The notes beneath the pieces are model-generated. The model made no database searches. It saw nothing but the letters and a program-made list of their open reading frames with translations, and had not been told where the DNA came from. Both the position numbers and the translations under genes were made by a program. DNA of 64,000 nucleotides from Lingula anatina (taxonomy: Eukaryota; Animalia; Brachiopoda), in assembly GCA_051362555.1 (NCBI GenBank), contig CM120642.1:21328001-21392000 (forward strand), written 5' to 3'. Positions within the stretch are counted from its first letter, which is position 1; every line of letters begins with the position of its first letter. Below are positions 26,001 to 37,691 of this stretch, piece by piece.

Positions 26001-29000
26001 AAATTTGGACAGATGATGCATAACAATGATAAAAATCTGTGATAAGCTCATCAGTTGACTGTGTCTCATGAAAAACATTTTTCAGAGCAAATAATTGTGA
26101 GAAAACTGAAAATGACACTGAAAAGACTGCCAAATTCCATGGTATAAAATAGTTAAATGTTAATATTTTTCACAAATCTTGTCTAATATTTGTGAAATTT
26201 CGAGAGATGATGCATAACAACAATAAAAATCTGTGATAAGCTCATCAGTTGACTGTGTCTCGTGAAAAAGATTTTTATGGACAATAAATTTGAGAAAACT
26301 GAAAATGACATTGAAAAGACTGTAAAATGTGGTGCCTTAAAATAGTTAAAAGTTAATAATTTTCACAAATCTTGTTCAATATTTGTGAAATTTGGACAGA
26401 TGATTCATAACAATAATAAAAATCTGTGATAAACACATCAGTTGACTGTGTCTCATGAAAAAGATTTTTTGGACAATAAATTTCAGAAAACTGAAAATAA
26501 CACTGAAAACACTGCCAAATTCCATGGTATAAAATAAGTAAACGGTAACAATTTTCACAAATCTTGTCTAATATTTGTGAAATTTGGATTGATGATGCAT
26601 AACAACAATATAAATCTGTGATAAGCTCATCACTTGACTGTGTCTCATTAAAAAGATTTTTTTGGACAATAAATTTGAGAAAATTGAAAATGACACCGAG
26701 AAGACTGCAAAATGCGGTGCCTTAAAATAGTTAAACGTTAATAATTTTCACAAAACTTGTTCAATATTTGTAAAATTTGGAGAGATGATGCTTAACAATA
26801 ACAAAAATCTGTGATAAGCTGAACAGTTGACAGTGCGTGATAGAATTGTAGTTGTTTGACATTTTGTATGCGAAAAGTGAGAATTATCTACAATATTTTT
26901 TTTTCAATTTCACAACATCTAATTAGACTCACATTAAACATCAAATATTATGATTTGAGTTTGTTTGTGTAAGAGGTGACAAATTACCCATAACTGTCCT
27001 CTGGAAAAGAATATATACCCATTGAAGACATGTCCTTACTACCAATACCACATGCAGATTCCTCCTTACAATCGGGTTCTGGAATAGGGTTTAGCACACC
27101 ATTTGACAATGTCCTAAAGCTTGCCATATACCATCTATTGTACACATGGATGAGACATAGCATTGCTCTTGCTGTTGTCTTTTGCTGTCTGTTTTTTCTA
27201 TAGGAATTAGCCCTGACCAGACAGGAAGAATCAGTTAACCAAAAAAGCCATCACGCTGTATGGAAAAGGTCACCTGTAAAAAGAACAATATGTTTGATAA
27301 AAGTGAAAATTAAATTCTAAAAATTGACAAATTTCCCACACTAAAATAGTTGAACAATAATTTTGATAAACTTAACCTAAACAGTTGACTATGTCTAATA
27401 AAAAGCATATTTTCAGAACATAAAAATTTGAGAAATACTGAAAATGACACTGAAAAGACTGCCAAATGCGGTGCCTTAAAATAGTTAAATGTTATTAATT
27501 TTCACAAATCTAGTCCAATATTTGTGAAATTTGGACAGATGATGCATAACAATAATAAAAATCTGTGATAAGCTCATCAGTTGACTGTGTCTCATGAAAA
27601 ACATTTTTCAGAGCAAATAATTGTGAGAAAACTGAAAATGACACTGAAAAGACTGCCAAATTCCATGGTATAAAATAGTTAAATGTTAATATTTTTCACA
27701 AATCTTGTCTAATATTTGTGAAATTTCGAGAGATGATGCATAACAACAATAAAAATCTGTGATAAGCTCATCAGTTGACTGTGTCTCGTGAAAAAGATTT
27801 TTATGGACAATAAATTTGAGAAAACTGAAAATGACATTGAAAAGACTGTAAAATGTGGTGCCTTAAAATAGTTAAAAGTTAATAATTTTCACAAATCTTG
27901 TTCAATATTTGTGAAATTTGGACAGATGATTCATAACAATAATAAAAATCTGTGATAAACACATCAGTTGACTGTGTCTCATGAAAAAGATTTTTTGGAC
28001 AATAAATTTCAGAAAACTGAAAATAACACTGAAAACACTGCCAAATTCCATGGTATAAAATAAGTAAACGGTAACAATTTTCACAAATCTTGTCTAATAT
28101 TTGTGAAATTTGGATTGATGATGCATAACAACAATATAAATCTGTGATAAGCTCATCACTTGACTGTGTCTCATTAAAAAGATTTTTTTGGACAATAAAT
28201 TTGAGAAAATTGAAAATGACACCGAGAAGACTGCAAAATGCGGTGCCTTAAAATAGTTAAACGTTAATAATTTTCACAAAACTTGTTCAATATTTGTAAA
28301 ATTTGGAGAGATGATGCTTAACAATAACAAAAATCTGTGATAAGCTGAACAGTTGACAGTGCGTGATAGAATTGTAGTTGTTTGACATTTTGTATGCGAA
28401 AAGTGAGAATTATCTACAATATTTTTTTTTCAATTTCACAACATCTAATTAGACTCACATTAAACATCAAATATTATGATTTGAGTTTGTTTGTGTAAGA
28501 GGTGACAAATTACCCATAACTGTCCTCTGGAAAAGAATATATACCCATTGAAGACATGTCCTTACTACCAATACCACATGCAGATTCCTCCTTACAATCG
28601 GGTTCTGGAATAGGGTTTAGCACACCATTTGACAATGTCCTAAAGCTTGCCATATACCATCTATTGTACACATGGATGAGACATAGCATTGCTCTTGCTG
28701 TTGTCTTTTGCTGTCTGTTTTTTCTATAGGAATTAGCCCTGACCAGACAGGAAGAATCAGTTCACCAAAAAAGCCATCACGCTGTATGGAAAAGGTCACC
28801 TGGAAAAAGAACAATATGTTTGATAAAAGTGAAAATTAAATTCTAAAAATTGACAAATTTCCCACACTAAAATAGTTGAACAATAATTTTGATAAACTTA
28901 ACCTAAACAGTTGACTATGTCTAATAAAAAGCATATTTTCAGAACATAAAAATTTGAGAAATACTGAAAATGACACTGAAAAGACTGCCAAATGCGGTGC

Positions 29001-30124
29001 CTTAAAATAGTTAAATGTTATTAATTTTCACAAATCTAGTCCAATATTTGTGAAATTTGGACAGATGATGCATAACAATAACAAAAATCTGTGATGAGCT
29101 CATCAGTTGACTGTGTCTCATGAAAAACATTTTTCAGAGCAAATAAATGTGAGAAAACTGAAAATGACATTGAAAAGACTGCCAAATGCAGTGCCATAAA
29201 ATAGTTAAACGTGAATAATTTTCACAAATCATGTCCAATATTTGTGAAATTGGGACAGATGATGCATAACAGCAATAAAAATCTGTGATAAGCTTATACG
29301 CTGACTGTGTCTCATGGAAAAGATTTTTTAGAGCATATAATTTGGAGAAAACTGAAAATTACATTGAAAAGACCTGCAAATTCCATGGCATAAAATAGTT
29401 AAATATTAAGGATTTTGACAAACCCAGTCCAATATTTGTGAAATTTGTACAAATGATGCTTAAAATCAATAAAAATCTGTTCTAAGCTTATCAGCTGACT
29501 GTGTATAATAGAAGTGTAGCTTATTAACAATTTGTATGAAAAGAGTGAGAATTATCAAAAACATTTTTTTTTTCAATTTCACAACATCTAATTAGCTTCA
29601 TATTAAACATCAAATATTTTGATTTGAGTTTGTTTGTGTAAGAGGTGACAAATTACCCATAATTGTCCTCTGGAAAACAATATATACCCATTCAAGACTT
29701 CTCCTTACTACCAATACCAGATGCAGATTCCTCCTTACAATTTGTTTTTGGAATTGGGGTTTAGCACACCATTTGACAATGTGCCAAAGCTTGCCATATA
29801 CCATCTATTGTAGACATGGATGACACAATCCATTGCTCTTGCTATTGTCTTTTGCTGCCTGTTTTTTCTATAGGAATTTGCCATGACAAGACAGGAAGTA
29901 TCAGTTCACCAAAAAAGCCGCCACGCTGTATGGAAAAGGTCACCTGGAAGAGAAATGTACAATGTATTTAAAAAAAAAAATGGAAATTAAATTTTAAAAA
30001 GTGATAAATTTATCAGACTAAAATAGCTAAACATTAATTATTTTGATAAAGTTGGATTTAAAAGTTGATTGTGTCTAATGGAAAGGCTCATCTGGAAAAA
30101 GAACAGTAAGTTTGAAAAAAAGTG

Positions 30125-31915
30125 AAAATATCACCAGTTTTGCAAAGCTCAGTTCATGGTGAAAATTAGGTCAAAGGTCAATTTCAGGATCACAGTTAGA
30201 TTGGCAGTATATGACATCCTATTCAAGTTCAATGAGGGTAAGAAATACTCCCCCTTAATCACCAATCACGAAGAATTAAAACAGGTCAATCACCAATCAC
30301 GAAGATACATTCAGGTCAATCACCAATCACGAGGAATTAAAAGCTATCGCCATTCATCAAGATAGAAAATTGCTATACTTGCAGGAATGCAAAGAATTCA
30401 TAACATTCCCAGAATAATTTATTTTGTGTGTTGAATGACAGGAATCGTCTGCTTAGATCTCGAGTTATTCAGCCATTCTCATTGGTCAGGATTCCTGTGA
30501 CAGAGACTAAAGTGATACTAATAGAACCAGAACCTAGCGAACTACTCTCATTGCCACTTTTCTAACTGCCTTGTTTGAAGAGTTTGTTGAATTTATCTCT
30601 GTGAATGATCGCCCTACAATCATGATACAAGGTTTGGGACTTTCTAGAACAAATTCCTGTAATGCTAAACGTTTTCACAAATCATGTAGATTTGGAAGGG
30701 TAAATCATGAATCATGTTGATGAATTTATACCAAAAACGCAGAATATTGGGCTCAAATAATGCAACACACTTGAAAAATAAGGCCAATCACGCGTAATGC
30801 AAAAGGTATTAATTATGGGTGTATCTTTGCCAGTTTTGAAGATATGAAGATCGGAAAACTTGCAAAGTGCAGTTCATAATGAAAAGTAGGTCAAAGGTAA
30901 ATTTTAAGGTCACAGTTCGATTACCAGTATATGACTTCCTATTCAAGTTCAATAGTAACTATGGGCGTATCCCTGCTAATTTTGGAGTAATTCACATTTT
31001 ATTTTTAACACTGAATATTGCAACATTATATTTTTTCATATAGCGCAATGAAAAAAACACGTCAAAAACAAAAAAAAGGACACCACCTCCAGTATTGCAC
31101 TTGACATGTTCTACCAAATGCAAAAAACAAAAGGTCTCTAGCATTTACGGTTCCAGAATTAGAGTTTTCAGTTTCTGTATCTAATGGCCGCTTCTCCCAT
31201 GAAGATGTACTGATTGACCCCAAACTCCCAAAGATGAAAGGATTGTAACCAGTCCCTGATTGTAACCCCTCACCATAATATGAGAGCTTAGGTCTGTGTA
31301 GTTTCTGAAAATTGGTACAAACAAAATTTTTTTGTCAGAAAATCCCCATCGTTAGAAAATTTTGGCCTGTTTGACCTTGAAATGAAGGTTGAAAGACAAA
31401 TCCAGGGGCAAATATGGAATTTCCACAAATGACTTTTGGTCAGACTTCTGTAGTAAATTTTCCAAATATTCCTTTGGTTTGGGAGATATTTAGCATTGAA
31501 TTTTCAAAAAAATTTGACAAGGGTGCATTTCAACGAGCACCACGCCCAGGCCAATGCACCGACTGAGACAAAAAATACCAGGGGGTTCAAGTTGAGATTA
31601 TATGTGATCTAAATCCAAGAGATGTGGACACATGCAGCTCCTTGCAGTATAGGAGGAGAAGCGGTAACGGCGACTTGTATCCCAAGACACCCTGCGGAGC
31701 CAACAGAGCCGTACAAGATGGGTCAGGACTAACACCATGAGTAACGCCAGCATATACGCTGGTGGTACTAATTAAGTCAAAGGTCAAATCCAATGGCATA
31801 TTTTGAAATCTCCACTTATGACGTGGTAGCAGACCTGGTGGACGGGCAGATCTGACGGACGGAATGGGTCGTAACTAAAACCATTTGTACCAACAGCACC
31901 ATTGTTGGTAGTATA
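30125..31915 (-). mobile_element. Old diverged copy/copies of the 8763-12667 HINE family
   Basis: 146-bp unit remnants (~30135-30232, ~30820-30985), a homologous body (aggaggagaagcggtaacgg) and the end ccagcatatacgctggtggtac at ~31768. A second decayed end extends to ~31915. Confidence 0.8.
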
Positions 31916-32559
31916 ATTATCATAAATATGCACTGATCTGCCTCAGTACAAAACAAAGCCACTTAATAAATTCAAAGTAAAACAAAAATATGGCTGTTAT
32001 AAATGGGGTGAACATCACAAAAAAGGACATAAAATAATAATTCTGCTGATCTTCAAAAGCAAACTGTCTCTTAACCAAACAAAACCACTCAGTAAATTTA
32101 AAGTAAAACAAAAAAAAATTCAGTTTGGTTATTATGGGGCTAATGTCATCAAAATCGTGAAAAGAACCAGAATAATATTACCATTAATGTAAACTGATCT
32201 TGCCAATTTTTAAAAGCAGTGTGCTTCTTTCTAAACAAAGCCACTCAGTAAATTTAAAGTAAAACAAAAAAATGTTTGCCAGTTATGGGATGAACATCTT
32301 GTGTCGGACAGCAACAGCCATGATGACAGCAACTACCTATGCAGACAGATCAATCAGTATATATATGACATGAAGTTTAACAGCTGTAAAAATCAGAAAT
32401 AAGCTTATCACTTTTCTAATGTCTAGAGTGAGCATTACCAAAAACAGATATCATTTCAATATCGTGATAGATTATTCAGTCTAAAATAAAATATCAAATG
32501 TGATGTGATGTGGTGATGTGTTTTTTTTTTTTCTGTACATGTAGGAGATGGCAAATTAC

Positions 32560-32713
32560 CTATAAATGTTATTGTCATTTGGAAAATAATATATACCCAT
32601 TCAAGACTTCTTACTACCAATAAAAGATGCTATCTATTTTTCTATAGGAATTAAACATGTGCAGAAAGGTAGAGTCAGTTCACCAAGCCACCATGCTGTA
32701 TGGAAAGGGTCAC
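32560..32713 (-). other. Diverged, internally deleted 16th copy of the repeated exon outside the array
   Basis: Clear similarity to both ends of the array exon. It keeps acceptor ttctgtctccttttccag|GTGACC and donor ATAG|gtaatt. Confidence 0.7.
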
Positions 32714-33623
32714 CTGGAAAAGGAGACAGAAGGACGGATTTGTGAAGGGACATTGTCACATCATTTTATAAAAGACAGAAGCCTGAAACTCAACCAAATC
32801 AAGGTGTAAGGAAAAAAATATGATGTACTGACAGTTGTCTAACCTAATAAATATAACAGGGATCCATGTTGAGGACTGAAATATGACAATTCAGTTAAAC
32901 GAGACAGCAAAGCTGATAAATATACAGACTTGAAGTAGTAAACAATGGCAGTGAACAAAAAAATACATATAAGGCACTGTAGTATAATCAGTAATACTTT
33001 TTAGTAATGTACTGTATCAAAATATATAGTAATTGAATGAAGAAAAAGGTGATTAGTATTTTGTATTTACCTGCATTACGTATGACTAGCAATAACAACA
33101 AAATATTTCTAAACAACAAAGCATTTATTTGCCCGAGTAATAGCATCAAGAGCAGAGAGAGGGATGTCAAATTCTGAGTTCAAAGAGGTCAGTTCCATGT
33201 GTGTCCAACATTAGGGATGTTACCAATCACAGTAATTGACAAGGAGTTTCAGTTCCATAAAACATTCACTAACTGCTTGTGTCAGTCCAGGAGAAATAGA
33301 ACAACATACCCCAGGTCACAATGACATGATCATGTCCATGGGCTGTTGGTATACTGCTCTGTGTGAGGCCAATGGTGGATACACATGGTATACTAATATG
33401 TTCAATTTAATGTGGAAATTCATAATGTGTCACTAGCATAGTGCTTCAGGTCCCTAATGGGAGTTCAAAGTGACAACTTGATTACATACATAAAATGCAA
33501 CTACACTTAAAAAAACTTACATGTGCAAAGAGAGATGTTTGTTTTATACACTGAGATAAAACAGACATGTTCTACTATATCAGTGACATCATACACTGTA
33601 TATAAAGTGGTACTGATATTTAC

Positions 33624-33734
33624 CTGTGGGTGCTGGTGTCACAGGTGTCTGTACACTGGGAATAAAAGTAACAGGACCTCCTGGCAGCTGAACCCCTGGG
33701 ATGAAAGTGACTGGGGCTTGTGTAGTTGGTGTTC
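33624..33734 (-). pseudogene. Coding-derived symmetric (phase 1-1) 111-nt exon encoding a Pro/Thr-rich mucin-like linker
   Basis: ttttgactag|GA...ACAG|gtaaat; translates TPTTQAPVTFIPGVQLPGGPVTFIPSVQTPVTPAPT. The two PVTFIPxVQ copies differ mostly at synonymous third positions. No in-frame ATG-bearing upstream exon was found. Confidence 0.65.
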
Positions 33735-34969
33735 CTAGTCAAAATAAATAAATAAATAAATAAAGCTCTTTTTCTATAGCTTGGTGCCCCTTAAAGCTAC
33801 AGTTGACACTTCATTTGTCAGTACAGTATATTTTAACTTTTTTTGACTAGGTACAGTATATTGTAATTTTCTTGTATGTTTTCTAGGTTTTCTTTGCAGG
33901 CCAAGAGGTTAGCTTTTTCCAACTCAATCCCCACATTATATATGATGTCACTGATATAGTAGGATTTAAATAGGCTTAATTAATTACCATATATTGAACC
34001 TGATTAATTCACACCAATCAGGAAAAACAAGATTTTGTAATAGCTGATCACAAAATCACTGAAGTCGAAATTTTAAATATCCGAGTGGTCAGCCCACTCT
34101 GTTATGACCAAACAAGTGCATTTGTACGGAATCGATTCTCTGTAAAAGAACAAGAGTACAAAAGTACAAGAAAGTTTTCTGATGCATTTTCATTGACTGT
34201 CAGTATATATTTGACATTAAGGCCACAATGGGAAGGAGCAGCATTTATCCCCCTTTTTTCACCTAAAGGCACGATGTAGATGTTATGTGACACGAAAAAG
34301 GTAAATTTAACTGATGGTTAAAAAGGTATTTAAGAAAATCTTATACATGTATATGAAACACCATAAAGAGAAATAGCCCAAGCTACATTTTTGTAAATTT
34401 TGTATTGATCATTAAATTTGAAAAAAGGGTCCTTTATTCTTGCAATCTTTGCCATAAACTTTTTAGCTTTCTGGCCAATTGCACCACCAGTTTCCTGAAA
34501 TCTACTGGATTCACTGAGGTCCAAGTAAATTTTTGAATAGACTACACATTTTCACCTATTGCATTACTATTGCATTTGTAATAACAAGACACGGATTTTG
34601 TCACATTTTTTTTTAGAATCATCATATAACAGTTATATTGAATAAAAAATTAGATCAGAAGTCACCTGGGGAGATAAAACAGTGTTATAAGTTTTATATT
34701 GCAGCAGTTTTTACAAAATGTCTAAAATTTCATTCAAAAATTTTAAAATAGCCCATATAAGGCCATATTTGACAATCATGCTGCAACAGATGGGTATACG
34801 TATCCATGGAAGTTTTGTTACTATGGAAACACATTCTAAGAAAGATATAATTAAAGTTTTCTAGGCACGTGATTTCCTACTTTTCCACTCACATATATAT
34901 ATACACATGTATATATTGTATACCTGATCCCGCCAGGTGTCCAGGGGGGGTTGTGCTCAGGTGCTCAGT

Positions 34970-35340
34970 TGGGGGGGGGGGGGGGACCCCTATCTCAAAC
35001 AATTAGAAGAGAAGTTTTCAAAAGATCACCCTACAATTCTGAAAATAAATCGACAGGGCATTAGCTGACAGTGGTGAAAATTTGTAAAAGTCGGGGGGGG
35101 GGGGGGGACCAGACCCTATCTTAAACAATTAGAAGAGAAGTTTTCAAGAGATCACCCAACTATTCTGAAAATAAATCGACAGGGCGTTAGCCGACAGTGG
35201 TGAAAATTTGTAAAAGTCGGGGGGGGGGGGGGGGACCCCTATCTCAAACAATTAGAAGAGAAGTTTTTAAGAGATCACCCAACAATTCTGAAAATAAATC
35301 GACAGGGCGTTAGCTGACAGTGGTGCAAATTTTCAAAGTC
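34970..35340. repeat. ~125-bp tandem repeat x3 with poly-G tracts
   Basis: ccctatct at 34988, 35114 and 35237. Confidence 0.9.
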
Positions 35341-35626
35341 GCTTTTATCCGGGAGATTTAGTTACATGTACGGGTGACGGGGAGATTCGTTCTGTATCCG
35401 GGAGAGTCGACATGTATACTACAAGCCCAAATGAATGTCTCCCCGACGACTTTGATTTCAAGAAAACTTAGAAGTTAGATGAATGAACACCGTTCTGTGT
35501 TGATTAGATCTATGATTTTGTAGAAACAGAATGAAAGACACGAATGTAGATAAGATTTATCTGTTATCAAAAACTATAAGTCTTAGAGCATTTATCAGAA
35601 GGGAAGCAAATAGTCTTTATACTTAC

Positions 35627-35950
35627 CCAATAAACTAAAATGCACTCCTTTTCGATTGTGTTAACTTGCAAAACTACATGTATTCCGCGCTTTCCAATCC
35701 CGAAAAATCTTCACTGAATCTTTGAATATGTAAGGCGAGGTGCCAGTGGCAATTGAATGGGAAAGATGGCATTTTGTTACGTAGTAAATAACCCTAGATA
35801 TATTCCATAACGTGCGAAATGCTTGAAAATAGTATTCCGATCCGAAAGAACAAGTCTGTTGATGAAAAAAAAAGACCCGCAGTGAAAACGCAATCAACAT
35901 ATCTGTCACAACTAACACACTATATCGGAGGAGAAACGGGGCACATCAGG
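35627..35950 (-). other. Candidate first exon of the minus-strand transcript
   Basis: Consensus donor TTGG|gtaagt at 35626-35621 and locally CpG-richer sequence. Only a short 32-codon ORF (MPSFPFNCHW...) was read. The upper boundary is a guess. Confidence 0.4.
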
Positions 35951-36583
35951 CGCATCACAGTTCAAGATATTTCGGCCAAGAGTCTAGATCTTTTGATTTT
36001 AAGTTCAAATATAAATTGATGATATATTGGTTGAAAAGAATTCGATTTTATAAGCATTATTCATTATTTAAAAGGATGGAAGTTTTTTGCAAACGGTAGG
36101 CCTATATGTAGGCCCTATCTGCCTTGTTTGAGTTCTATACTCTGGTAGTTGACGCCCTCCAAGGACTAGTGTACGGCAGTTTGGCAGAATTATTAAACCC
36201 CATTCTACCTCTCAATTAGATATTGTCTTGATTTAATTTGGTAAGATAAGAAAAGGAAGACAGAATGTGTCCCTCAATGTTCTAAGTCATTTCTGAACTA
36301 AGGGTGGAGCCTGGAGAGCTATAACAAGGCCATCAAATATCAATAACGTTCAGCAGACGAGAACAATCGGCTCTCTAGCCAATCGTTGCATTTTCCTAAA
36401 TTAAAAAACAAACAAACAAAAAAAAAAACATCTGCTTGAGAAAATTAAGAAATTTTTATAGAATTTGGCGTTAATACAAAAAAAAAAAATTCAGCAGGCA
36501 ATAGCCGAACTTTCTCCATTCATGGAACACACAGCTGTACTCGCCTAGTGTAGAAATGGAACATGAAATACAACTATGTACCT

Positions 36584-37008
36584 CACGTGGAGAAGGTCGT
36601 GGGGAGGGGGGGGGACGTGGAGAAGGCCGTGGGGAGGGGGTCAGGGACGTGGAGAAGGCCGGGGGTGGGGGGAGAGTAGGGACGTGGAGAAGGCTGCAGG
36701 GAGGTGTAAATCCGTGGGGAAGGCCGCGGGGAGGGGTAGAGACATGGAGAAGGTCGTGGGGAGGGGCAGGGACGTGGAGAAGGCCATGGGGAGGGGCAGG
36801 GACGTGGAGAATGTCGTGGGGAGGGGAAGGGACGTGGAGAAGGCCGTGGGGAGGGGCAGGGACGTGGAGAATGTCGTGGGGAGGGGAAGGGACGCGGAGA
36901 ATGCCATGGGGAGGGGCAGGGACGTGGAGAAGGTCGTGGGGAGGGGAAGGGACGTGGAGAATGCCATGGGGAGGGGCAGGGATGTGGAGAAGGCCGTGGG
37001 GAGGGGCA
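36584..37008 (+). repeat. 30-bp G-rich minisatellite (~14 units)
   Basis: Unit gggacgtggagaaggccgtggggaggggca, flanked on both sides by TACCT. Confidence 0.93.
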
Positions 37009-37213
37009 TACCTGGATAGATATTTGATCTCTTAGATTATCTAAAGACCAAGATGAATAAGAAAATTTGAAGCTTTTTTTAATTATACATCAACGAAATT
37101 GCTTTGGGAAGAGGATTAAGAAATGTAAGTTGACTTATCAACTCTATCATTTATGGCAGCAGTTTCAATAAAATTTTGTTTGGGACTTCCAGGCCTTATA
37201 AACGGATCAGGCG

Positions 37214-37424
37214 TTTACTGACACTAGCTGCGGATCTTTAGTACTAACGCCTATATTAACCACAAAACCCACGAATTAGCCAACGCACCACACAGTTATT
37301 TAGCACCAACGAAGCAAAACCTATAGCACTAACATTCATCAGCTCTGGTAGTGTTGGATAATTTGTATGTTTTGTGGTTAAAATGGGTGTTAGAGCTAAA
37401 AGATCTGCGGGTAGTGTTAGTAAA
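37214..37424. mobile_element. Small foldback/MITE with ~75-bp imperfect inverted arms
   Basis: tttactgacactagctgcggatcttt...aaccacaaaac versus gttttgtggtt...aaagatctgcgggtagtgttagtaaa. Confidence 0.7.
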
Positions 37425-37426
37425 AG

Positions 37427-37691
37427 CAGTGGCGGATTTGGAGGGGGTGGGTTCTGAAATAAATCACACTAATATTCCCCTCTTGGATTTAGAATATTGA
37501 CTAGATGATTTATGGTGCTAAATCGTACCAAATACCAAATGGCACCGTTCGCCCTCTAAAAATACCAAATGTTTTAGGGCCCTTCACCGGTAGAACCCCA
37601 CTCCATGTAGAAGGGGGGTGTTGATTTCGCATCCGCGGACCCCCCCCCCCCCCCCCCCCCCCACCTTCAAATAACCCTGGATCCGCCCCTG
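37427..37691. mobile_element. hAT-like MITE
   Basis: Ends CAGTGGCGGAT / ATCCGCCCCTG. A related partial inverted copy lies at ~38085-38270. The TSD is not clean. Confidence 0.6.

Larger units (their letters stand above)
1..30100. repeat. Nested (two-level) tandem array: ~560-bp constant block + n x 194-bp subrepeat; 15 constant blocks in the window, runs off the left edge
   Basis: Near-identical blocks recur (same short ORF at 272, 5871, 7207, 12838, 14368, 16869, 18400, 19932, 21071, 23458, 28617). The subrepeat period is 194 bp (cagttgac at 759 and 953). Subrepeat counts between successive blocks, from spacing, are about 5,7,4,6,5,10,5,5,3,8,8,5,5,3 (~79 total). Confidence 0.97.
169..35950 (-). 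ncRNA. Putative long spliced non-coding (pseudogene-derived) transcript with a tandemly amplified exon
   Basis: Minus-strand exon candidates with polypyrimidine-AG acceptors and GT donors: 5' exon ending 35627, 33624-33734, 32560-32713. Repeated ~286-nt exons follow at about 29657-29943, 28514-28799, 26988-27273, 25462-25747, 23355-23640, 20969-21253, 19829-20114, 18297-18582, 16766-17051, 14265-14550, 12735-13020, 7105-7389, 5768-6053, 1699-4135 (interrupted) and 169-454. There is no expression evidence and the 5' end is approximate. Confidence 0.55.

Noticed and set aside
1-30100. CRISPR-like repeat/spacer array
   Set aside because: Eukaryotic context, units are far too long, the intervening sequences are themselves repeats rather than unique spacers, and there are no cas genes.
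36556-37035. 159-, 147- and 122-aa repetitive ORFs
   Set aside because: A stop-free 30-bp minisatellite is open in several frames on both strands; there is no coding signature.
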